Shown here: positions 38,471 through 50,640 of the stretch, in pieces
Numbering within the stretch: position 1 is the first letter of the stretch
How the letters are laid out: each line of letters opens with the position of its first letter
NCBI GenBank assembly: GCA_009602725.1
Contig: WELB01000021.1
Location: 803,502-867,501, forward strand
Origin: Spirogloea muscicola
Taxonomy: Eukaryota
Length of the DNA stretch: 64,000 nt
Reading direction: 5' to 3'
Notes under the pieces: model-generated
Told to the model about the DNA's origin: nothing
What the model saw: only the letters and a program-made list of their open reading frames with translations
The model's database searches: none
Position numbers and translations under genes: made by a program

Positions 38471-39640
38471 ATGGCTCGGCTTGCCGTTGCCGCCCTGGTC
38501 CTCGCCTGTGCCGTCTCCGCCTTTGCCGCCTGCTCCCCCTCCACCGCCAAGTACTTTGGTGGCGCCACCTCCGTCCAGGCCCTGGAGAACCAGGTCCTCA
38601 GCACCTACGGCACCTACGGTTGCTACGACTCTGTCGGGTAAGAGTCTAAATACCCTGGTTTCCATTCGCGGTTTTCTTCGAGCGATATCTGCCAGAAGAG
38701 AGTCTGCCTTGTGGATGCATCCTTCATTGTCCTGACGACCGTCCGTCCATTCTGAAGGGGTTCCCTTCCAATGCATAGACTGATTGCCATGCATGTACCT
38801 TCTTTGGTGCCTGCCAGTTCCGGAGCCGGTTACACCGGCTTCAAGGCCAATACCTACAAGGTTGCCGCATCTGACGCGGCCATGACAACCGCCCAGGAGA
38901 GTGGCTTGGGCTTCACCAAGCTCACCATTCCTCAGGGCCTGCAGTCATACTCCATCCTCTACAATGGCGGCACTCAGCTGACCCTGTCCTGCCAGAGCCT
39001 TGCTGACCTCTACTCTGGCTTCTCTGTCTCCATTGGTGGTGGTGCCATCACTGTCCCAGTCGGTCGCTCCGACTCCTCCGGCACAACCTTTGTCTTCTCT
39101 TCCTACCTGAATCTGTGCACTGCTAGTGGTCCCCGCCCGTGGCCCGCGTCCAAGGTCGGCGAAACTGTCGCGTGGGGCTCCCCTCGCCTGGTCACTGCCG
39201 CCGGCTCCAGCGGCGTTGCTTCATACGTTTTCTCCCACCCTGGTTCCCTCACCTATCTTGGTACCCCAGTTGCCTCTACCTTTGTTACCGGCAACATTCG
39301 CATCGCTTTCACAAATAACAAGGCTGGCCAGAACTACAAAGGTAGCTCATGCTCTGTGACCGGTGCCATCCCCGTATCTGTACCGTCTGCTACAGCCACC
39401 TGGTCTGGAGTCAATACCATATTCCAGCCTGGCTCCGGTGTCTGCCCTATGGTATCATTCGTCTACATCTGGGCCCGCAAAACATACCCCTCTGGCACCC
39501 CCACTGCTACTCAAACAAAAGCTTTCCTCAACTTCATTTACTCCACTTCCGGTCAAAACCTCCTCCCTCCCCTTGGCTTTGTAGGTGTACCATCCGGCCT
39601 TCTCACTCAGAACAAGAATGCTGTTGCCACCATTACGTAG
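38471..39640 (+). CDS. Secreted PstS-like (PstS/DING superfamily) phosphate-binding protein, 2 exons (38471-38637, 38818-39640), 329 aa
   Basis: Exon 1 encodes a signal peptide (MARLAVAALVLACAVSAFA) and GGATS. A 180-bp phase-2 intron (GTAAGA...CTGAT...CTGCCAG, 38638-38817) joins YDSVG to SGAG, rebuilding the PstS YxSxGSGxG motif. ASDA, RSDSSGTT, PMVSFVYI and KAFLNF...GQ..L..LGFV.VP follow. No internal stops. Confidence 0.92.
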
Positions 39641-39659
39641 TTTGGCATAGCAACTGCTA

Positions 39660-40700
39660 GCCAATTTGGTAAAATGACAGCTGAAATTTGATACAAATGC
39701 GAAGTGAATACTGATTGAACAATGTGAAAAAATATTTTTTTGTATTACAAAAATTTCAAAATTGACAAATGATATACTACAATATAAACGGATGATATAA
39801 ATGAAAAGTGAACAGAAGTTAAAACAATTCTAGAAATTTTTTCTTTATTATTAAATTTTTTAAAATGGACAGTGAAATAAGAAAAGATAAGCAATCTAAT
39901 AGACAATCAATAAAATTTATATATCGGATTGCAAAATATTCACAATTCTAGCATGCACATTATCTTAAGTATTCAATCTTGTGCTAACACTAGACGACAA
40001 AACAATCTAATTCTAAAATACGTAAAACTTACATTTACGAATTTACAAATTTATCAGAAAGATTGTATATAACAACCTCACTACTATTCATATACATGAT
40101 TATGTTACGAAAACAAACATCCTACTAAAATTTTGTACACCTTTTCGCTGGCAATCTTCATCTCATACTTATTTCTTACCATAATAAACGAGAGAACAAT
40201 GAAAATGTGAAAATCTTCCAAATATAAAATTTTATTCTGAACTCGTCCATACGAAGATGAAAGTGAAAACTGACCACTTGACCATAAGGCAAAGCACGAA
40301 GCGTGGATAGATGAAAAACACTTCTACCCTGTTTTCGCAATCTTTGCAGTAATGTATCCCTGGAACAACGCATGATGATAATTGATTAAATACTACGCCT
40401 TATCACTCTTATCAATCACACCAGTGCTGAAGCTTGCAACCTTGCATATAATCAATTTTTCAGCAGCAACCAGGTTACTTTATAATTACCGGATGTCTTC
40501 TAGTCCTGGCTATACCATACTGTTTTCTCTGTGAAAGCGAAAATTCTATCCGAGTGTATCAGATATTTGGTTTCCATCATAATCTCTTCGAGAATCTGCT
40601 TTTCTCATGCAAAGGATAGAGGTGCACCAGGATAAAGGTAACATCAGAATGCAAAGCAACACATAATGTGAACAATATTATCCGTACCAGAGACGGTGTG
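39660..40700. other. AT-rich island
   Basis: Abrupt switch after the PstS-like stop to A/T-run-dominated sequence, strongest at 39660-40260, unlike the rest of the window. Confidence 0.85.
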
Positions 40701-41749
40701 TAACCCCGCCTGTTACTACGAGCCACATTACAGGGCCGCAGGTACACCTTCTAAATCATGTATGGACTCAGGAGTACTGCTTAAACATCTTTTCCAGACT
40801 ACACGAGGTGGCTGATAAATTTCCGAAGCGTGAGTTTGCACATCAAAAAATGTGTGAGTACACATTGAATCTGTCGCTCTTCAGCTGACATGCAAAGAAC
40901 AGAACCAGCACAGAAGGGACCTTCTTTTGGCTCTGCTGTTGCTGGTAGAGCTGCTTCTTGAACCACCTGAGACATAATGGCACCAGTACTATTCTGAAGC
41001 ATGGTTGTACTCAAGTCTCTTTATCGTCCAACCAAGATCGCTGACATAACACTGGGTGCTGTGTGCATCCTTGTTAATAGTAACTCAGTGAAAACAACTC
41101 TGTCTGTATTTGAAGCTACTCTAGCAGGTGAGGCATGTTTGTCAGTGTAATAATTATGAATTTAAAACTGGCTATAATGTGCAATTCCAGCTCGCATCTG
41201 CTGCTGTGATCGAATATCACTACGTTTGCAATGCAAATACGTTTGCAAATTGTTTAGGGCTTGTAGCAACAATCGAAGCAAGGTGTAAGTTGTCATACTT
41301 TGGAAATTGAGTACCCTGCTTGGAGTCAGACATCCCACAGAGTCAGTAAACTGCTCATCGCCATCTTGCATTTCTGCCCGAGAGTTTGCAAGTGCAGCTA
41401 CTTTAGCTCTGCTAACGGCATTAGCTTGACAGCTGGCTAATGTTTTTGTCAGCTGGTCCAGGTGCTTCTCCAGTCTGTCGAATTGAGACTCATCCTTTTT
41501 CATGAAGGGAGTAGAGGATCCCTGGGACTGAGCAGACACATTATTTGATTCTTCTCCCAGCAATGTGATTCGACATGACCCGACCTTCCGCAGTAAGAAC
41601 AAGTCGCTCCAAGCGTCTAATGCAAGGCAGTGCAAATTTTACTTCATGTGACCTGTCTTACCACAACTGCGGCACTTCACAACAGCTCGTGGTCGGTAAT
41701 GGTCAGCTCCATGGTTCATCTTCTGAGAATAACCAGGTTCAGCCCCAAG

Positions 41750-43725
41750 CTGCCTCCACTCCTTAGTCGCCACCACCACTGCATGAACGCAAGTCCTCCG
41801 CCGCCACTGCTAGTGCCCCATGCCTTCCGGCCGCTATGGATCTCAAAGTCGGTCAACATGCCTGCGGCAGATCTCAATAAAGGAGAGGCTGCATGGCTTA
41901 CGTGATTTCACAACTGGCACAGCAGGATCACTCCAAGCGCACCAAGGGATGCATGAGCTGCATGGGCAGGCCCTCGATGAGTTTGAGGTGCCGACGCATG
42001 TGAAGGTCCTTGACATGGGCATTGCTGCAGCAGCAGGAGCTGCATCGGCGACTGCAGCAGCCCGAAGATATGGTGAGTAGGTTTGACCACTCTCTTGCCG
42101 GTGCTTCTTGAGGCAGCGGCCTGGGAAGGCAAAGTTCGCTGACAGTTAAGTCTGTAGGCGTTACTGAAGCTCTTCATTGGTATTGTGAGGCTTGGATGGA
42201 GGATGCAGGCGTTGGCCTGACTACCTTGGATACAAAAGTCATGGTCCTTGAAGCCAATCAGAGACCCTGCATGCTTGACCAGAGTTGCACTGAGATAGAT
42301 GAATGGATTCTCAAGTGCGACTCAGATATACTTTGTCATCCTTGCCGATCTTATAGGCCTTCTTGCTGGCGCAACTGACGAGCTCCAAATAGCTGCAAAA
42401 TGGAAGGCTTCATTACTTCCAGGAATGCACCTTTTGGAGATGCAATCTAAAGGGTCCAAGCTTCACCTGAACGGCCAGCTTATCCCTCGCTTGGCATACA
42501 GTACAGGTGGTTGTGAGCTGTGATTGGTATGATGCATTGCATAGGAACGGCATTGTTGGATAGCAATGCAGAAGTGCTATCAGCATGTCAGGATTCCTTA
42601 GTCAACCAGGAGTTCCCAAGATGCCTGCCGCAGACTGTCTGACCAGTGCAGAGGCTTACTGGAGTTTAGGTCAGTGCAAAGTACTTGATGCCAAAGCACG
42701 AGGAACAGATAAAGGAGACGTTCCAGTAAGACCACCTTAGCAGCAATCAATTGTCCAAGGCGCGGCGACTTGGAAACCAGGCCTGCAGCCAGGTAGATTT
42801 CATGGAGCAGGTCATGCCATATGTCCCATGATCAGCCCAATGCCCAATCTCAGCAAGCAAGTACCCATGCAGAGCGGACATCTCAACAAGAGCAAGCTGC
42901 ACTGCTTAAAGGACGCCTAGCCCTAGCATTTGTACATGGCAGAAGTATCTCAAATCGGCCTGTACCAGAAGTAGGTGAACCGGACGGTTATCTACAACGG
43001 AGCGCACTGAACTAGAAAGAGACAGGCATTTACAATCTATTGACGATTCTCCCAAAAGATTGTGATAGCTTGTGAAGTCAAGGAAGCCAGTAAAGCAGGG
43101 GCGCCAGCATTCTCGGGGACGGGTCAACAAGGCTGGGTCGACAAGGCTATTTTCATATTTTCACCTGGAGCACGTTGTTACACTCGTTGCTTGCAGCAGT
43201 GATGCTATCCAAGAAGGAGGACAGGACCACAAGTGTCTGAGGTTCTAGATACACTGCCGTACTTGCCAATGTGGGCCTCCAGCACTCCAGAAGCATCAGG
43301 AGGTCACTTTGAAGATGTGTGGCTGTCGCTTGGGCAGTTCTGCGGAGATGCCTTGCTTTCACAAGTGTGCTGCCTATGCAGAAGACCTGCCAGAGAGTCA
43401 CGGATAGACAGAGCACATAAGTCACATTTGCACGGCCGGACCTCCCGGATGCTGGTCGTCACTCTTCGAGCACTACAATCTGCCCTCTGGTATGCGGAAG
43501 AGGGTGTCCTCTTGCATGCGGAAGAGGGTGCCAACTGGTTTGTTGAGCTCGACGAGCATTTACACACCAGAAAGACAATGGCAGCTAGAGGATGGAGTGA
43601 CGTGTGCGACGACCAATGCAGATGTGAGCATTCAGCGGAGGTGCAGGGCACGTCCAGACGTCCAAGGGCCAGAGAGGCCATACCGGGAGAAGGAGGGCGA
43701 AGCCGAGGACCGTCCAGACCATGTC
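41750..43725 (-). pseudogene. Helical-exon family, copy D (paralog of 45230-47290)
   Basis: Candidate exon 1 MVWTVLGFALLLP|GT. Exon 43386-43165 ends LSSFLDSITAASNECNNVLQ|GT. An exon from 42782 begins AWFPSRR, with stops downstream. Confidence 0.65.
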
Positions 43726-44099
43726 ACTGGATCGCGCGCGGACAGCGGGGGAGGCAGAGAAAGGCGTGCGATGGGGGCGAAGAGGCCAATGCACGGCTCG
43801 TGGTGCAGAGAGCCAAAGGAGAGCGGGCGAGGGGACTGCGGCGGGCGATTGAGGGCCGCCGCGAGCGCGGGGCGAGGGAGTGCTGCTGCGCCTGCTCGAG
43901 TCCCGTGGCTTGGGGGGATGCGCCGGAGTGCGGGCTGTTCTCTCCCTCCCCCCGTCCTTGCTTCTCTGAGAAGCTGCTGGGAAGCTGCAGCTGCTCTGCA
44001 GCTTCCTAGTAGCTTCTCGAAAGCGGGGCGCTGATGGGGGAGGCGGCACCTGGGGGAGGTGGCGGACGCGCCCGCCCGTGCGGGCCAGTAGGGAGGGCC

Positions 44100-44710
44100 T
44101 CGAGCTCCTCCCTGGGCTGGCCTTCGGATGAATAGCTCTCCCATATAAGGCAGGGCTGGGTAACGCCAGCCCAAACGGAATGAACAAGGTCCAAAGGCCC
44201 GAAAAGCGCCACCACCGCACAGCTCTGCAAGCTTTTTCCACATCTGGGAATGGCTGCTTCTTGGAAGAAAGGGGCTCTCCTCATAGCTGTGTGGCTTCAC
44301 CGCCTTTGAGGCTGCTCAACAGGGCTGCTCACCCAGTGGCCGCTGAGTTGCTGTGTGCTCTAGCACTTCTCTGGCCCCTTCAAGCTCTGTTTCTTTTTTC
44401 TGCGCTGAGCAATCACAGCCACCGCCCTCTCTCGGAAGAGTCTTCCTTCTCCTTCTGTCGGCCCTTGTGGGCTTGGCCTCTGACAGCCATTGCCTCATAT
44501 TGAAAAGCTGTTTCCTTGTGACCTTGTCCATGCCTTCTGGGGCTGGGTTTTTTAAGCCCTCGCCCCCTTCGAAAGAGCTCTTAAACCACACATTTAGGCA
44601 AAGTGGCTGCAGCGGATGGGAGCTTACTAACCCAACCCCAAGTCTGCAGAAGAAGCCCTCCTTTCCCAGCCCCTATTCTCTGTGGGCGCGCACTTCTCTC
44701 TTTCTCCTCC
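44100..44710. repeat. Array of stem-loop copies
   Basis: 44130-44195(-), 44410-44600(+, several) and 44660-44700(+). Confidence 0.7.
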
Positions 44711-45229
44711 AAACCTCTCCTTGCACAATTCACCATTTGAAGAAGCTGCTTGCTACTGGAGAGCATTCGTGTCATCCTCCGCCGGCGAGGCGCGCCGCAT
44801 CGGCCGGCGGGAGATGCTGCGCGCTCCTCCCCTGCAGCTAAGACTGAAGAGCAGGGGCGAAAGTGAGCACATGCACCGGTGCGCACGGGGAAGAAGACGT
44901 GTATGAAGTGATGGAGGGCCTAAGTAGCCCAAGTACAAAGACAAGCACATCTATAGATATACATTACCTGCTGCTTAGCCGACCCGCTCAGTAACCACGG
45001 TTCCGCAAGTAGAGGTCGCTAATCGACGTCCGATGGCTAACGGATGGCTACTTTGAAGCCCTTCTGCGACCCCTTGGATGTCGCCCGGCTCTCAGGTGCA
45101 AAGCGCAAGCCTGACCTCGCTGCAAGTAGGCTAATACACGACCAGGAGAAGAGGGGAGGTGGAAGGGGAGGGGCAGTCCACCAATTCCTTTTGCAACCCC
45201 ATGAGGGTGTCTTCCTGGAGGCACCCCGC

Positions 45230-47290
45230 ACACGGACTGCCTCCACGTCTTCATCGCCACCACCACTGCATGATCACAAGGCTTGCACTGCCACGACACG
45301 TGCCAAATGACACACCCCCGCTATGGCTTTCAAATCTGGTCAACATGACTGGGGCAGATCTCAATAAGATGAGGCAGCATGGCTGACGTAACGTGACAAC
45401 TGGCTAAGCAAGACTTAATCCAAGCCCACACTGGATTGAATGAGCTGCATGGGCAGGCTCTCGATGAGGTGCCCATGCTTGTGAATGTGCTTGACACAGG
45501 CTTTGCTGCAGCAGCAGGAGCTGCATCAGCAACTTCGGCAGCCTGAAGAGGGGGTGAGTGGAATTTGGCCACCCTCTTGCCACTTCCACTTGAGGCAGTG
45601 CTCTGGAAAGGCAAAGTTAGCTTGCGCTACAACCAGGTCTGTGGCGTACTTCTACCGCACCGTAGGCTAGTCCCTGCATACAGTGACCTATAGGCGTGAC
45701 TGAGCTCTCAAGCTCCCAATCGAGAAGTGAAAGGCTTGGGTGGAGAATGCAGGGTCTTGAGCTGACCACCTTTGATACAAAAGCAGCAGTCAGGTCCTCG
45801 ATGCTACTTATTGACCCTTATGCTTGACCTGATAGCATTGAGGGAAGATGCACGGTGCGCAATGAGATAGATGGATCGTCAGATACAACTGGCAGTCTAG
45901 TTCGTCCTCGTTGTATGTAATATATGCCTTCTCGCTGGCACAGCTGATGAGCTCCACCAAGCTGCAAATAATAACGATTCTCATCACTTCCAGAGTTGCA
46001 CCTCGGAGATGCTATCTAGAGGGTCATCAAGCATACAGTAAATCGGAATGAGAGCTGTGACTAGCATCATGCATTGTAGGAATGGCACTCTTGGAGAGCA
46101 ATGCACAACTGACACCAGGATGTCAGATACTCCCGACTATTCAGAAATTCTCAAGATGACTTCTGTAAAGTGTCTATTGGAAGAAAGATCTTACCAGGAT
46201 TTAGATCAGTGCTCAGCTACTGATGATGCTTCAGAAGAATGAGGATGAGGTCCAGGAGATTTTTCAGCAGGACCTGCTCAACAGCATTCAGATGCCCCAA
46301 GGCGTGGCGACTTGGAAACCAGGCCTGCAGCCAGGAACATGTGTCGGAGCAGGTCATGCCAAATGTCCCATAAACGGCCCAATGCCCAACCACCAGCAAG
46401 CTAGTAAGCACGAAGAGCGTGACATGTCAACAAAAGCAAGCTGCACAGACAAAGGATGCTCTGCCACAAGGAGCAAGCCCTTGGCACCTAGATTGTTCAT
46501 GTCAGAAGTATCTTGTGCTGTGCTTGTACTATGAGTAGGTGGAACAGACGGTTACCTACAGCGGAGGATACTGAACGAAGAGAGACAACCATTACAAGCG
46601 CTAGACAATCATCTCGGAAGATCTTGATAAAAGCGTAAGAGTCAAAGGCTCGCCACTGTAAGGCAGGGCGCCAGGGTGCTCGAGACAGCTCAACAAGGAA
46701 GTGTCACCTGGAGCACGGTGGTACACTGAGAGCTTGCAGCAGTGATGCTGTCCAAGAAGGAGGACAGGACTTCAAGTACCTCAGGCTCCAACAGCAGTGC
46801 CGTGTTTGCTAGTACGGCCCTCCTGTATTCCAAAAGCATCAGGAGCTGACGTTGAAGACCTGTGGCTTTCGCTCGGGCAGTTCTGCGGAGACGCCATGCT
46901 TTCGGGATTGCCCTGCCTATGCAGAGGACCTGCCAGAGGATTCAAAGAAAGACAATGCACATGAGTGAAAGAATCTTTCAGTGGAGGGCTTAACTTGCAT
47001 ACATGAGCTGTATTACGGCCAGACACCCTGAATGCTGGTCGTCACTCTTCGACCACTGCAACGTCTGCCCTCTGGTATGCGGAAGTGGGTGCCCACAGTT
47101 CGTTTGGTCTTGACAGCAAATGTGCACCAGAAAGTAAAGTCACGGCAATTGGAGGATAAAGCAAAGTCGGCAACGACCAGTGGAGATATGGGCAATCAGT
47201 GGAGGTGCAGGGCATGTTCAGACGCCCCAGTGCTCGAGAGGCCATACCGGGAGAAGGAGGGTGACGCCGAGGATCGTCCAGACCATGTCA
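45230..47290 (-). pseudogene. Helical-exon family, copy E
   Basis: Candidate exon 1 MVWTILGVTLLLP|GT. Exon 46929-46708 ends LSSFLDSITAASSQCTTVLQ|GT. An exon from 46324 begins AWFPSRH. WQCKPCDH lies near 45275-45295. Confidence 0.65.
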
Positions 47291-47879
47291 ATAGGAAACT
47301 CGCGCGCCAGCGGGGGACGAAGAGCAAGGCTTTGGGGTGGGAGTGAGGCCGAGCCGAGGCAAAGCTCGGCTCGCAGTCCGGAGGAGAACGCGGCTGCTGA
47401 TGTCAGAACAGCGGCTGTCAAAGCCAGCCAGCCGGAAAGAGCGAACGGAAGAGGGTGGAGGGACTGCGGCGGCGAGCCGAGGGGCGCCGCGAGTGCGGCG
47501 GGCGCGGGGGGAAGGCGGTAAGGCTGCTTTGCCAAGGACCCGAGTCCTCGGCTAGAAAAGGAGGACGGGAGGAGGGAGGGAGGAGGGAGGGAGGGGGGGC
47601 GCTCGACTGTGGGCGGGCACGACTTTCTGACGGCCCGCCCTGGCCCCCTTTCCGGGCTCGCCCGGAAAGGGGGCCAGGGCGCTTCTTCCGGGCTCCGGGC
47701 CCCGTTCCCCATGGCCCGCCGGCGTTGGCGGCATGCGGGGGAGGCGACGGCGCCCCCGCTCCCGCCGATGGGGAGCCCGCCTGCACGTCAGTGGCCCTCC
47801 TTTTCAGCTGCTTCTTGGAAGACGAGCTCGTCTTTCCTCCGCCCTTCGCCTTCGCTCCGTTCCGGCCCCGGAACCCTGT

Positions 47880-48750
47880 TCAGTTTTCTGTGGACTTTGT
47901 TCTTTCCTTCTGGGCTGGCCATTCACAGCCCCCGCCCCCTTTGGAAGAGCTCACTTCCGGGCTGGCATCTAGCAGCCGTTGCCTCCTCCTCTCATCCTTC
48001 AGTGGGCTGTCTTTTCACAGCCTTCGCCGCCTTCTGCTAGAGCTGTCTCCCGTAGAAGAGCCTTCCTTCGCCACCTCCGCTGCAGCCATGGTTGAGGCCC
48101 GCCAGGCGCGCAGACGGGGCCGGCGGAAGATGCGACGTGCCCCCTCCTCTTGCTGGTCACGCCGACGTGCGGCTCTTGGCTAGGGGCTACTCAGCCGCTA
48201 GCGGCATAGTGGCCAACTTTGCTCTGATGAATGATTGGCGTCTACGCTGTACACGACCTCGTCGCGCTTGCACTCGACGTCCACGGGGCATTTAGTACTC
48301 GCTGGCACGACCTAATCCAGCGCGGCGTGCTGTTACCCGCCGTCAAGGGCAGTAGAGCGAGCAGCCCGGCTGCAACACCCTATATCGCTCTGTCAGGTGT
48401 ACAGGATGCGCCTTGCCGTCTCCTTGCAGCGCTCCTTGGTACTTGCTGTGCACTTGCGGGCAGGCGGCGTCTTGGCTGCTGCCTCCGCTTTCAACAGGGT
48501 GACGCTTTAGCGTCCACTATACCCTGATCTGCAACATGACTAGAGCTCATTAAGCGTGCAATTGCAGAGTCGCGGGAAGTAAGTATTCGTGATTATGCGC
48601 CCTCCGGCCCTGTTGAACCTTATTCATTCATGTTGGGCTGGCCTCTTACAGCCATCGTCACAAGGGCTACTTATTTCTGGATTGCCTAGACCTTGTCCAT
48701 TCTTCTTGTGCTGGCCTTTCACAGACTGCCCCCTTCGGAAGGGCTTTGTC
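47880..48750 (+). mobile_element. Degenerate CRE-like endonuclease C-terminus and stem-loop copies
   Basis: HDLVALALDVHGAFSTRWHDLIQR (about 48250-48325), RMRLAVSLQRS (about 48403-48437), and stem-loops at 47890-48060 and 48620-48750. Confidence 0.7.
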
Positions 48751-50579
48751 TTGGCGGAACTGTGGATAAGATTGATTTTGAACACTAGATCTTTAATGCT
48801 GAAAGCATAATGATTTCTCGAAGCTTCAATGTGACCGTGAGCCTGGTCCTCGATGGGGCCGTGCCTGCATCCTCGAATTGACGCTCTTGCCCTCCCCGAT
48901 GACAGAGTGGGTTCCTCTTGCTTTTGGCCGGGGTCCAGCTCGGACATCAGAGCGCGCAGACGGCGCAGCCACGCCGCATCTCAAGGGTGGGCCTGGGCAA
49001 CTTCTGGAGCTCTCCTAGCCGTGTGCAGCTCGGTGGCCTTAGCAACTCTGAGCTCCACGATTGACGGTTAAGCGGCGCGGAGCTTGCAGAAGGGACAAAC
49101 TTAGGTCCTACCTTATGATGGTGGTATATTGCCCCTTAAAGTCAAAATGCAGCGCTTTACAAAACAGCACCGCTGATTGCTGAAGTGCTCTGCACACAGC
49201 TTTTCGTTCAGAATCAAAGATGGGAAGCAGAGCTGTCTTGTGAACCTGCCAAGTCACCCGTCAAGATCTTGCAGCTGTGGTACTGTGCTGGCTGCTCTGC
49301 ACCTGATTAGTGAGCCACCATCGCATCACTTGCAACGAAATGTGACAAACATTATAAGATCACAGGAGTGCGCATTGGCCACGATGCATCCAATGAAGAC
49401 ACAGCGATGAAGCGGTCAAAGCTGTGATGTGGGTCCTGGTCAATGAGTGGCCATTTGTTCTGCTGATGCTTTGTCCTTTCGTGTTGGGGCTGCCATATAT
49501 GCCATCCTTTGCAATGGCACCCCTGATCAGGACACTGTCCCTCCTTTCATTAAGAGCAATCGCCTTTCTGCAACCGGCGGCCGCCCAGTCAGCTGCCACC
49601 GCGGCCTGCACAGCCTGGTTGGGGGAGGGCGTCTGAGCGGCGCCGCATCAATCTGGGCTCCTGGTTTTGGGCGTGCTCTCCACCTCATGCGCGGCACCAA
49701 TCACCTGGCACGTCCATGAAGCAGCCCAAGCTGCTGCTCTGGTGAGTTGAGGAACAAGCTCTACTAAGAAGAGGAGGTGGCTGTGTAAGGCAGCCAATGG
49801 TCTAGACAATGTCTACGGAGAAGCACAACACGGAAAAGGCCCACTCAGTAGTACAGTAGCTATTAGTACAAGAAAGAGCTCTTCAATAAGAAGAAGCAGC
49901 TGCTCTAAGGAGGCGGCGGCTGTGGAAGGCCAACCCGAAAGAAGTAACTCTGTTGATGCAAGGCAATTGCTGTGAAGGCCAGCCTAATATGTAACAGGAA
50001 TTAACAGGTCTGAAAGGACCGGAAGTGGCAAAGGAAGAGAGGCACGCGGTGCGCATGATAATGAGAAGGAGGCCAAAGCACGCCAGCACACGCCAGCACA
50101 CGCCCCCAGCATTGAATGCCACTCGAGCTTGCAATCTGCTGAACCTTGTCATTTGCCTCCTTAATTTGTTACAGCCATCAAGCGAACAACCGATGAGGTG
50201 GCGGGAGAGATGCCTCTCACACATTCTCCCAGGTGTCCATCAGGAGATTACAAATTGTTCTTATAATCTTGGTCCATAATGTCTAGATCTAGACCTTGAA
50301 GTGCATCCCAGTCTATAAAAAGATGGGGTGCCAGATTATGCTGGTGAAGATGCTTGGACTCATCATACACCTTGCACAGTGCTAAGGTGGGCTGCACAGT
50401 GGAAGTGTAGACAATGAGAGGGTCAGCTTAGCTCGTATCACCATGCACGACAAGACGCTGCAAATTGAGGCATCACAGATTGGTGATGATTCATGATGAT
50501 GATTGAGGAACTGGCATCTGCAATGCACAGGTGCTTGCCTTGCGAAAGCCTGACCATGCACGCAACTGAGGGTGGTGTA

Positions 50580-50640
50580 CTGCCCATGCATACTTTGCAA
50601 GGTCATATACATGGGCATTCAGAGCAGCTGAAACCTACAT
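50580..50640 (-). pseudogene. ZZ/C1-type zinc-finger remnant within a decayed gene (about 52150 to 50300)
   Basis: GFSCSECP.YDL(C)KVC can be reconstructed across small frameshifts. Confidence 0.4.

Noticed and set aside
38771..38817. ORF-track start for the 289-aa PstS-like ORF
   Set aside because: It lies inside the intron. The spliced model from 38471 restores the signal peptide and the GSG motif.
37700..38817. P1BS (GNATATNC) phosphate-starvation element near the PstS-like gene
   Set aside because: The ATAT cores I checked (about 37803, 37945, 38395, 38685) do not fit the consensus.
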